From the NCBI RefSeq assembly GCF_009914755.1, contig NC_060937.1: 64,000 nucleotides of DNA; one strand, given 5' to 3'. Each line of letters opens with the position of its first letter. Position 1 is the stretch's first letter. The notes under the pieces were generated by a model, which was not told the origin of the DNA, did no database searches, and saw only the letters and a program-made list of their open reading frames with translations. This document shows positions 11,855-23,699 of this stretch, piece by piece. The DNA is from the human T2T-CHM13v2.0 reference genome, Homo sapiens. A program made the translations under genes and the position numbers.

Positions 11855-14551
11855 CTGTTAATAAAGCATTGAAACAGAAAAAAAAAAAAAAAACTCCTGA
11901 GAAACATCCTGGTTGCTATGACGACAGCAACACCAGGGAGCCTGCTGGACGCACCAACATCCAATGAGCTGCTCAGACCAGGAGGGCTGGGGCTGCTGCA
12001 GCACGGCCTGGCCACGTCGCCCCGGGGCCTCGCCGTGTGTGCCACATGCACCAGGACCGAGCCTCTCCCTGCAGCCCCACAGCTGAGCGGGACGGGGGCT
12101 GCCCCAGCTCCCAAGCAACTGTTTCTTCTCCACCGCACCCCAAACAGTTCATTCAGTTACCTTCACCAAAGGTGCCTGTTCTGTCTCTCTTAGAGGAAAC
12201 ACGTTTTCTCTTTTTTTTCTGGTGCACAGAGACGTTCATATAAAAAGACAAAGCTGTCTGTGGTATACAGTAAGTACCTAATTATCTGTTGCATGCATGG
12301 ATGAATAAATGAATTAAAAGAAAAGTAAACTGGTTTCATCCTAACAGCCAAATAAGTAACAGTTCTCATGACCACTTTTCCCACAGACCATGCCTCTAAA
12401 ACATATGCGGTGTGTTCACCAGCCGGCAGACTGATGAAGACAGCCAACACAGCACCTCGCATCGGCTCTGAAAACTCAACTAACAGGAGTAAAAGGCAGC
12501 ACTTAAACACATTTAATGTAAACAGCATAACACCGCAAAACCTGATTTCCAACTCCAGGGATCAGGCAGTGAGTAACAAAAACAAAGGCCCTGATCCAAA
12601 GCGTCATGACTCCCACGCCCACGGCAGCCCTTCTGGGCCATGGAGGGAAGCTGCACCCTCAGGGTGAGCACAGGCCCAGCCCTGACCGAGGGTTAGGATG
12701 CCCAGGCTTCCCTGGAGGCCCACACAGGGTCTCCAAGTGCTGACAGCGAGCTGTCGGGGCTGCCCGCAGCACCCGGAGCCACACCCCTGTACCCAGGAGG
12801 AGCTGTGAGGGCATGGGGAGGTCTCCACAGACCCCACCCAGCACTGCTCCTCCCTGCAGGCATCCTGGGGAGGGCCCTCAGGCGGGGCTGGCCTCATGTA
12901 CTGCTCAACACAGCAGCGGGCGTCTCCCAGGCGCTCAGCAGCTCAGCTCAGCGCCCAGTGAAGAGGGCGGAGGAAGGAATGAAGGCAGCCACGGGTGAGG
13001 ACGAGGGCCCAGGGCTCCACTGAGCAAAGCTCCTGGCACCAACCCAGACAGAAGACGTCCTGGAGAGGCCAGGGCTGTGCTGGTACTGGCCGCGTCCACC
13101 CAGGCTGGGCGCTCTTCTCTTTCCCACGTCATCACGGCGTTTTACTCAACTACAGGTCGGCCTCACTGAAATAACGTGGAACAGGTGATGGCGACAGCCC
13201 CGGTGCATGGTCCAGCGAAAGCAACCCCGTCCCAGCAATAAAGCCCAGGGCCTGTTGGGGAAGGAGACCCTGCGGGAGAATTGGAGGAAGTGCGGCTCTC
13301 AAGGCTCCCAACCTCAGCCTTTTAGTCGTCCCAACGCAAAACATTCAAAGGGGCCTAAAAATTTTGCTAGGCACACAGCGTCTTCTAACAACATAAAGTA
13401 TTTACCGGAACAATAGTCTTGTGACTAAAATATCTGAATAAAGGATGAAGAGCCCCGTCTACTTTGGGCTATTTAGAAGCCTGGAACAGCGATCCCAGCC
13501 CTGGCCCCTGGGATCCTCACTCGAACAGGTCCTCCTCCAGGCCCTGGCAGGGTCTCAGTGAGGCACAGAAGCCTCTGTGCCATGCGTGGGTAGAGACCCC
13601 TCTCCGGGCTCTGAGCTGCTGACTGCAAGGCCCATGTGCCCCCTGGCTCCTGTTCGCCTCTGGACACGGGGGCTCCGTGACTGGCCTCTGAGTGGGCCTG
13701 AGTGCCCGTCCGCACTGGCCTCCCCACCCGGCACCCTCCGTGGGACGAGGCTGCACATCTCGGTGGGCTGACTGCGGTGCAGAGGCCATAAGAGGAAGAG
13801 GCGGGGGGGCCCCGAGGCAGGGGACACAGCGTCTTGAGGACACAGCATGACCCTGACCCCCACGACCCCTGGCAACACAAGTGCCTTCCCGAAGGGCCTG
13901 CGAAGCTGCCAGAAATAGGCAGAACTCGGCGAGGCCGTGGGAGTGGGGTTTCCTCTGGGCCGAGTCGAGGGCAGACGGCACCTGCTCTATCCTCACGCTC
14001 AGGAGGGGCAGAGGCCGCTGGGCTTGGATGGAGCCAGGCCCAGGTCTTGTCCAGGGCTCTCCAGGGCACCATGCTCCTCCCTCAAGAGGACTCCTGTGGG
14101 TTATGAATGACAGAAGCCCAGGCTGCCATCCTCAAGCAAGGCACCCCCCAATCCTCCTGGCCGGGAGGGGCTGCTGGGAGCCCCTGGCACCAGCGGGCTT
14201 CTGTGGGCGGTGGAAGGAGGAGAGGGCTGTGCGGGCTGATTCCAAAACTCACTGGGTGACACCACCTGCCCAGGGAGGGCCCAGCACTGCCGTCCAGGGG
14301 GTCTGCCTGTCGTCCAGTCTCCTTGAGAGCACCTCCAGCTCCCTCCAGTCTCCACGGCTCTTCAGAGGGCACGGGAGGTTCTGCTGAGGGGCGGGTGACC
14401 AGGCCCAGATGTTAAACCCTCCCAAATAACGGGCATATTCAATGTAATTGAAACTTCCACCACAGGGAGAATGAGTCTATGGTGACGGGGTGGCAGGAGG
14501 GGTCCTAGAAGGCGCCCACTGTGCTTACTGGAGGCCTGACCCCGACAACGG

Positions 14552-14609
14552 CTGAAACAGGGGTCTCCCCCAGGGGCCACTGAAACAGGGGTCTCCCCCA
14601 GGGGCCACC
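14552..14609. repeat. Two-copy 28-bp tandem duplication
   Basis: ctgaaacaggggtctcccccaggggcca occurs twice. Confidence 0.85.
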
Positions 14610-14718
14610 TCCCAGGGCACGCTTGGATTTCACTATGGGCTGTGCAAATGGCATCTGGTGGGCAGAGTGCAGGGTGTCTTCTGTTCAGTGTCCTGCTGCA
14701 CACGGTGCCCCAGGGCAC

Positions 14719-15016
14719 AGGGCCGTCCACCTAGAACACCAATAGTGCCGTGTGGCAGAGGGCCGTCCACCCAAAACACCAATAGTGCCCCTCGGCAGAG
14801 GGCCGTCCACCTAGAACACCAATAGTGCCCCTCGGCAGAGGGCCGTCCACCTAGAACACCAAGAGTGCCCCTCGGCAGAGGGCCGTCCACCTAGAACACC
14901 AAGAGTGCCCCACGGCAGAGGGCCGTCCACCTAGAACACCAAGAGTGTCCCACGGCAGAGGGCCGTCCACCTAGAACACCAATAGTGCTGCGTGGCAGAG
15001 GGCCGTCCACCCAAAA
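14719..15016. repeat. VNTR, 40-bp unit AGGGCCGTCCACCTAGAACACCAATAGTGCCCCTCGGCAG, ~7 copies
   Basis: Period 40 is visible. Confidence 0.95.
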
Positions 15017-17379
15017 CGCAACAGTACCCCAGTTACACGCTCCTGGTGCAAATGACCCTCCTCTCGTGCTTGGTGCAAAGGCTGTTAGCAACGGGCCACA
15101 CAGGAGATGCTGCCACGTCACTCCAGAGACTCACGCGTCCCGAGACCCAAGTGATCCCTAAACGTCTAGGAGGAGACCTGGCCTTGGAGCCAGGTCAGCC
15201 AGAAGGTTGTCCAGGCCGGGCCTCCCCAGGGCTGCCCAGTCTCCCGATGCAGTATAACCCTCAAGGCGCGGGGGCCGCATCACCCAGCACTCTGGAAATG
15301 CTGTCCGCAGACCACGGCCACCAGCACATGCACTCTCGTGGTTCTGACTGCCTGTGAATCCAGCTGGTCTACAATGAGCCGCTGGGGAAAATACTTCAAG
15401 TCCTGAGATGAATGGAGCAGGAGTGCCTCTGGAATATCCTGAGAAACACGACTCCAAACCCTGTCAGCTGGTTCTAACTGTGCTCACTCTTATAAACAGG
15501 TAATAAAATATGGGAAAGAAGGCGATTGCAGACAGGGGACCTCTCCTCCACAGAGACGTGTCCACCAGGAGACTGAGGCAAATCCTATGGGTTCAAAACC
15601 GAAGTTTCACTGGCGGCTGAAAACACCCAGGGAATAACGAGGAAAGAGAAGGCAAAGGTGGGCTGAAATGAAGCCGCCCTTCTGAGTTCACAAAGGAGCA
15701 GAGACACACCGGTGCTGCACAGGAACCCCCAGGGCCCCCGTGTTCCTAGCGCAGCAGAGCCTGCCCCGCATCCAGGCTGCATCTCCTGGGGCTGTGACTC
15801 CTCTCCTGAGTCCACACACAGGACCTCACACCTGCACTCACCGGCTGCAGCTGCACACACAGGAGAGCTTCTCACAGGACAAATGCCTGGACCCCACACA
15901 GAGATTGCCATTCTTTGACTAGGACGGGCTCCAGGCAGTAAGAACAGACATTCGTCTTGATTAGAAAGCCTGCAGGTGGTTCTGGCTGCAGCCAGGACTG
16001 AGAGGCATTACTTACTGCTGAGAACTGAGAAGGTGTGAAGATGCCCCTACCTCCTCGCCCCACTCACCGGGGAGCTGCGGGTCTCACAGGGGCAGGCAGG
16101 AGGCCAGAGACGTCCACGTCTGAGACAAAGGACATCACCGCAACAGCAGAGCCAGAGCTGCAGCGTCTGCAGGTGCCCTGGTTTGCCTCACGCAGTACCA
16201 AATTGGGATTGGGAACCCAGTGATGCCTGCACACATATCGGCTGCACCTTGGGAGCAGGGCCTGAGCCTGGGGAACCCTAGTCTCTTATAACGGGCAGTG
16301 GCAACAATGCTGACATCTGCCTCGGAGAGAGATGCTTTCTTCCTGATCACGGACAGTGGGCAAACCTCCCTGTGCTCCGAGGCTCCGAGGCTGCTCCCCG
16401 GGTGGACACACGCGCTTGAATGGAGAGTGAGGAACAAAGGGAACTGGGTCTTTCTCCCTTGATGCGCCGCACTGAGATAAAACCATGAAGAACGTCTCCC
16501 AGCTGCGTCCCGTCTGGGGGCAGCCCCAGAGAAGGAATGGGGGGCAGGGAAAACAACTTTCCTTAACCCAAGCAACGTTTAGTTCACACCCAGCCTGTAC
16601 GCAAGAGGGGAAGGGACAGGCCTGGGGCTGCACCCCCAGGTGGGTGGTCCCAACAGAGGTTTAACAACCTGGTTCTCTAGGGGAAAAATGCATGCACGAG
16701 CTCAACTAGGTTAAGTCATACATTGCACTAGTGTAAAAGATGTGTAGCACACAACTCACAAAAAATAATGAGATACACAGTCCTCTACTTCAAACTCACA
16801 GAGCTAATTGATTCTCACAGCAAACTCTTGTCTCTAAGCCAATCCTGGGCTGCATTTAACCAGGATTTGACAAACAGAGGCAACGCACCCTCTGCTAGCT
16901 GGTTCTCAAAAACTGCGTCATCACTGAGTGTGATATGTGTCGACCATTAAAACATTTCTCCCACTCATACAAATTATATTAAGCTGACATCTCTTCTGGC
17001 TTTCACACTGGGAATGCTGGCGCTTCACTCATTCATCAATGTCACAAGCAACTTTGTTGAATCAGGTGAAGTTTTAAATGCCAGAAAAACATTGTCTTAA
17101 TTTTTTTGTGCTATTGCAGTGTAACCGCTATATACAAGATTATTTAATTCAGGGTAGCAAGATTAGATGATCAACAAAACCTTTGTTCAAACGTGAGCTC
17201 AATTTCCTCCGATGTGTGGCCCTTCCTGATTTCTGTGGTGTGAACATTCCTGGCCGATTTCAAGCGACCAGTGTGGCCCCAAAGCCAGAGAGAGGAGAGC
17301 AGGGCCCCGTTCAGAGGCACCCACACCTCCAGAAGCACCCAGCCAGACAGCCTGGAGTCCAGCAGCAATGGCATGCCGT

Positions 17380-19855
17380 GAAATCACAGGAAGTGCTGAG
17401 TCTGGAGTATCGACTCCCTTCGTCCTCGCGGGGAAATCACGGGGAAGTGGTGAGTCTGGAGTATCGACTCCCTTCCTCCTCGCGGGGAAATCACGGGGAA
17501 GTGGTGAGTCTGGAGTATCGACTCCCTTCGTCCTCGCGGGGAAATCACGGGGAAGTGCTGAGTCTGGAGTATCGACTCCCTTCGTCCTCGCGGGGAAATC
17601 CCGGGGAAGTGCTGAGTCTGGAGTATCGACTCCCTTCCTCCTCGCGGGGAAATCCCGGGGAAGTGGTGAGTCTGGAGTATCGACTCCCTTCGTCCTCGCG
17701 GGGAAATCACGGGGAAGTGCTGAGTCTGGAGTATCGACTCCCTTCGTCCTCGCGGGGAAATCCCGGGGAAGTGCTGAGTCTGGAGTATCGACTCCCTTCC
17801 TCCTCGCGGGGAAATCCCGGGGAAGTGGTGAGTCTGGAGTATCGACTCCCTTCCTCCTCGCGGGGAAATCCCGGGGAAGTGGTGAGTCTGGAGTATCGAC
17901 TCCCTTCCTCCTCGCGGGGAAATCCCGGGGAAGTGCTGAGTCTGGAGTATCGACTCCCTTCCTCCTCGCGGGGAAATCCCGGGGAAGTGCTGAGTCTGGA
18001 GTATCGACTCCCTTCCTCCTCGCGGGGAAATCCCGGGGAAGTGCTGAGTCTGGAGTATCGACTCCCTTCCTCCTCGCGGGGAAATCCCGGGGAAGTGCTG
18101 AGTCTGGAGTATCGACTCCCTTCGTCCTCGCGGGGAAATCCCGGGGAAGTGCTGAGTCTGGAGTATCGACTCCCTTCGTCCTCGCGGGGAAATCCCGGGG
18201 AAGTGCTGAGTCTGGAGTATCGACTCCCTTCGTCCTCGCGGGGAAATCCCGGGGAAGTGCTGAGTCTGGAGTATCGACTCCCTTCGTCCTCGCGGGGAAA
18301 TCCCGGGGAACTGCTGAGTCTGGAGTATCGACTCCCTTCGTCCTCGCGGGGAAATCCCGGGGAACTGCTGAGTCTGGAGTATCGACTCCCTTCGTCCTCG
18401 CGGGGAAATCCCGGGGAAGTGCTGAGTCTGGAGTATCGACTCCCTTCCTCCTCGCGGGGAAATCCCGGGGAAGTGCTGAGTCTGGAGTATCGACTCCCTT
18501 CCTCCTCGCGGGGAAATCCCGGGGAAGTGCTGAGTCTGGAGTATCGACTCCCTTCGTCCTCGCGGGGAAATCCCGGGGAAGTGCTGAGTCTGGAGTATCG
18601 ACTCCCTTCGTCCTCGCGGGGAAATCCCGGGGAAGTGCTGAGTCTGGAGTATCGACTCCCTTCGTCCTCGCGGGGAAATCCCGGGGAAGTGCTGAGTCTG
18701 GAGTATCGACTCCCTTCCTCCTCGCGGGGAAATCCCGGGGAAGTGCTGAGTCTGGAGTATCGACTCCCTTCGTCCTCGCGGGGAAATCCCGGGGAAGTGC
18801 TGAGTCTGGAGTATCGACTCCCTTCGTCCTCGCGGGGAAATCCCGGGGAAGTGCTGAGTCTGGAGTATCGACTCCCTTCGTCCTCGCGGGGAAATCCCGG
18901 GGAAGTGCTGAGTCTGGAGTATCGACTCCCTTCGTCCTCGCGGGGAAATCCCGGGGAAGTGCTGAGTCTGGAGTATCGACTCCCTTCGTCCTCGCGGGGA
19001 AATCCCGGGGAAGTGCTGAGTCTGGAGTATCGACTCCCTTCGTCCTCGCGGGGAAATCCCGGGGAAGTGCTGAGTCTGGAGTATCGACTCCCTTCGTCCT
19101 CGCGGGGAAATCCCGGGGAAGTGCTGAGTCTGGAGTATCGACTCCCTTCGTCCTCGCGGGGAAATCCCGGGGAAGTGCTGAGTCTGGAGTATCGACTCCC
19201 TTCCTCCTCGCGGGGAAATCCCGGGGAAGTGCTGAGTCTGGAGTATCGACTCCCTTCGTCCTCGCGGGGAAATCCCGGGGAAGTGCTGAGTCTGGAGTAT
19301 CGACTCCCTTCGTCCTCGCGGGGAAATCCCGGGGAAGTGCTGAGTCTGGAGTATCGACTCCCTTCGTCCTCGCGGGGAAATCCCGGGGAAGTGCTGAGTC
19401 TGGAGTATCGACTCCCTTCGTCCTCGCGGGGAAATCCCGGGGAAGTGCTGAGCCTGGAGTATCGACTCCCTTCGTCCTCGCGGGGAAATCCCGGGGAAGT
19501 GCTGAGCCTGGAGTATCGACTCCCTTCGTCCTCGCGGGGAAATCCCGGGGAAGTGCTGAGCCTGGAGTATCGACTCCCTTCCTCCTCGCGGGGAAATCCC
19601 GGGGAAGTGCTGAGTCTGGAGTATCGACTCCCTTCGTCCTCGCGGGGAAATCCCGGGGAAGTGCTGAGTCTGGAGTATCGACTCCCTTCGTCCTCGCGGG
19701 GAAATCCCGGGGAAGTGCTGAGTCTGGAGTATCGACTCCCTTCGTCCTCGCGGGGAAATCACAGGAAGTGGTGAGTCTGGAGTATCGATTCCCTTCGTCC
19801 TTGTGGGGAAATCACGGGGAAGTGGTGAGTCTGGAGTATTTATTCCCTTCGTCCT
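17380..19855. repeat. Large VNTR, 54-bp unit GGGGAAATCCCGGGGAAGTGCTGAGTCTGGAGTATCGACTCCCTTCGTCCTCGC, ~46 copies
   Basis: Exact period of 54 over ~2.5 kb; explains the 863, 836 and 792-aa ORFs. Confidence 0.98.
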
Positions 19856-20328
19856 CAGCGTATGTGATGGGATTCTGAATGGGGGCTGTGTTTATCTGGG
19901 CATAAAACTCCTGAAGATTGGCAGCAGGAGTCCACACAGAGACCTCCTGGAGATGGGCGCGCTACACGAGCTTTTGAAATGAGCAAGTTTCCAGAGCCGG
20001 CGGGATTGCGGGGGCACCTGGGAAGGCAAAGTCACCTGCACCCGCTCTGCAGCCCCGGCCTGCGCCTCTGGAGGGAGGGCCCCGGGCAGTGCCAGCAGGA
20101 ACGAGCCTGCCTCAGAGCCCCAAGTCTCAGTGGCGCTCCTTCCAGGCTGACATGGGGCTGACGGCTCCCGGGGCCAGCAGGGCGCCCGCCCGACACCACC
20201 ACAACCCATTTCAGTGACAGATAACTTCAGACAACTTATCAGAGGGCCTTGGAGGGCCGGAGGCAGCAACACACACAGCCTGATTCTGGGAGCAGCATTT
20301 CCTTCCAAAAACCTTAAATCGGATAATG

Positions 20329-20643
<315 letters not shown>

Positions 20644-21039
20644 TCACAGATGCACACACAACAAATCTAAAATAGACATGTGAAGGCCTACACAATTAAG
20701 GAATAATATTTTGGAAATGTCAATGATTAACGTGCCTTTAGACTTAAAAAATTCTGCTGTGTGACTTATTTTCTAACACCTCAGCTGCACACCCTTGAGC
20801 CACAGTTCTGCTCACTCTCAGGGCCACATAAGGAAGGTTCTCAGTCTTCCCCGCCCTGGAGCTCCCAGCCATTTGCTCTGATCCCTTCTACAGCAATTCT
20901 CTTGGGCTCCTTCAAGTGTAAGCCTCTTGCCCCCTAGGGAAAGGAATGCCTGAAGAATCACACTTCGACTTCCTTATCTGAAGGCCATACTTGATGGATT
21001 TGAACAGATTTGCACATTTAAATTCCCAAATTAATTTTC

Positions 21040-21333
21040 TTTTTTTTTTTTTGAGACGGAGTTTCACTTTTATTGCCCAGGCTGGAGTGCGATGGTGCAA
21101 TCTTGGCTCACGGCAACCTCCGCCTCCCAGGTTCAAACAGTCTCCTGCCTCAGCCTCCTGAGAAGTTGGGATTACAAGCGTGCGCCACCATGCCCAGCTA
21201 ATTTTGTATTTCTATTAGAGACAAGGTTTCTCCATGTTGGTCAGGCTGGTCTTGAACTCCCGACCTCAGGTGATCCAACCGCCTTGGCCTCCCAAAGTGC
21301 TGGGATTACAGGCGTGAGCCACTGTGCCTGGCC
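21040..21333 (-). mobile_element. Full-length Alu, AluSp-like, with 20-bp target-site duplication
   Basis: T-tail, gagacggagtttca..., ggtttctccatgttggtcaggctgg...cccgacctcaggtgatcc. Flanking direct repeat AAATTCCCAAATTAATTTTC at 21020-21039 and 21337-21356. Confidence 0.95.
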
Positions 21334-21727
21334 CTAAAATTCCCAAATTAATTTTCACATGGTAAAATGTTCCCTGGTTACTAATAACAATAAATAAGAT
21401 TATGGAAACAAAGTAGAGACGATCCGTAAGAAATAAATAGGGATTAAAAACTCCACCATATATGAAGTTCATAATTACCAGCACAGCGGTGCAGGGACAG
21501 CCCCCAGCTCCTCCTCCCAGGGCAGCAGAGCCTGGCGAGTCCCGAATCCCTGGTGGAGCTCCCCTCAAGCCTCCCAGCAGGGCTCTGTCCCCTAAGCCTT
21601 CTGCTCCTTCGCTCCTTCCTGCTGCACTTTCTGCTACTTGCACAGCAATTTCTAATAGTTCTCATTAGAGGGGCAGAGCAGCTGAAAAGGGTGAAGAAAA
21701 TAAGAGACCAAGATGGCAGGGATGTTC

Positions 21728-21815
21728 GGAGGAGGAGAGAGGAGGGGAGACGAGGGGAGACGAGGGGAGACGAGCGGGGAGGAGGGGGGGAGGAGGGGGG
21801 AGGGGGAAGGGGAAA
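21728..21815 (+). repeat. Polypurine (GA-rich) low-complexity tract
   Basis: ggaggaggagagaggaggggagacgaggggagacgaggggagacgagcggggaggaggggggaggagggggg... Confidence 0.85.
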
Positions 21816-22164
21816 GCTGCAGAGAATGAAGGTGAGGACCTGGTGGAAACCTCACAGAGGGTGATTTGAATACAACCTGATCTTCCCTGGCATGGAGGGC
21901 AGGAGGCGGCCACCTGAGCCCCGCACAGGTGCCCGGCAAGCCCAGGCAGAGGACCAAGCAGAAGGTGCTGTCTGACCCAGCCGCAGAACTAAGGAACGCC
22001 TTTAGCCCCTGCTCCCAGCTGCAGAAGAGTTGCCCGGTGACCCAGGAAGCAGGAGGAAAGGGCAGGCCTGGGCCAGCCCTGCACGGACATCAGCCCTGCA
22101 CAGACATCAGCCGCGCACGGCCGCCCCACAGCCTGCACACAGGTGTTCACGGCACGTGTGTGGG

Positions 22165-22800
22165 TGTCTTGATTGACACCACACAACTCCCTGCTTTTAA
22201 AGGGCACGATCCCGTGGTTTTTAGTGTATTCCGAGTTGAGCAACCGTTATCACGATTGACGCGAGCATTTCCGTCCCCCTGAACGAAACCCACCCTCCTC
22301 CCCCAGCCCCCGGCAACCACGAGTCCACTCTGTGTCTCTGTGGGTCTGCTTGTCCTGGACATTTCATGGAATGGGACCACACGGTCCTTCCCCTTCTGTG
22401 CCTGGCTGCTTTCACTGAACGTCCTGTCTTCAAGGTTCGCCCGTGCTTAGCCCGTCACAGCTCTGCCCATCTTCCTGGCCAGATGATATTTCATGTCACG
22501 GATGGAACGCATTCTGTGTATTTGTTAATCACTGATGGATGTTTGGGCTGTTCCCAGCTTTCAGTTGTTGTGAATGGTGCCGCTGTGAAGTGTGCACAAG
22601 TTCCCATGTGAACACGGACAGCTTTGGGATTCTCTTGATTATTTACCAACGGGTGGGGCCGCACGGCAACAGGTTTAATTATCCTAGGAGCCACCCGGCT
22701 GCCTGCCCAGGGCCGTGCCTTCACACCTGCCTGCAAAGCGCAAGCGTTACCATGTCTCTACACCCTCGTCAGCACTTGTTACTGTCTTTTTGGTTATATA
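22165..22800 (-). mobile_element. Old L1 (L1MB-type) 3' end fragment
   Basis: gtggtttttagtgtattc...cccccagcccccggcaaccac...tctctgtgggtctgcttgtcctggacatttcat...tgatggatgtttgggctgttcccagctttc matches the antisense L1MB pattern. Confidence 0.78.
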
Positions 22801-23699
22801 TTTGCTTTGAGTCAGAGAAATATCTGTCTTTAATTTTGTTTTGTTTTGTTTTATGATGGCAAAATGGGGGTACATGATTGTGGCAACAGTTTTGAGACAG
22901 TTAATATTTTTGGTGTAAGACCAGACAGATGAAGAAACTGTCTCTGAAGAGAAGGGACCGAGGCTCCTCCCTGCGTGGCAGCAAAAGGTCCACAACACAT
23001 CACTTTGGGTCTCCTGTCCCAGGAGATTCCGCTTCCGACCAGGCAGGCTTGCCCCCTGAGCTCATCACAGCGTGAGTCTGGGTTCACATTGCCCACACTG
23101 GAGCATGGGCTGTGAAACTACAAGAGAAAAACACCTCACAGCAGAGAGCCCACGTGACAAGCACACATGCCTGACGGGCACGGGCGTCTCTGCAGCAGGC
23201 GCAGGCAGTGAACACGCAGACCCTTGCTTCCTCTAAATTCACAGGGCTGGCCCTCAGGTATGCGTAACAAAAAGAAAGCCAGTTCCCTTTTCCTGGAGAA
23301 AATACAAGAGGTTCCAGAGCCTTAATCTACAACTCCAGTTCAAAGTTTCAAGTAGAAGGTGGAGAGAGGTGGGAACATTCTATTTTTGAAGGTTTCCCTA
23401 TAAAATCTGTTACATACATATATATGTATGTTTTTTGGTGGTGTTATTGTTCAGTAATACCAGAAATGCATGGTAGAAAACTTTCAACTATAGGAGTCCA
23501 AGATTAAAAATTAAGAGTAGCCCTAAAGCCCCATGCCCATCTGTAGACGCACTCTCTAGAAATAACCACAGTTACTAATTTCTTAGTTTTTTGAGCTAGC
23601 ATTTCAACTTTAAATAACAGTCCCATTGCTATTTCTTAGATCAACTTAAAATCAGCTGCTGGCTCCCTGCTGTGAAAGATGAAGGGTCTGGGGCCACAT

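Noticed and set aside
9438-19855. Common origin of the two 54-bp VNTRs (shared CTTCGTCCT in opposite orientation)
   Set aside because: Only a 9-mer is shared and the remaining unit sequences do not align; probably coincidence.
17183-19878. 863, 836 and 792-aa ORFs as novel repeat proteins
   Set aside because: They arise from a stop-poor 54-bp unit (a multiple of 3) and are open in several frames and on both strands. No unique domain, and the location is intronic.
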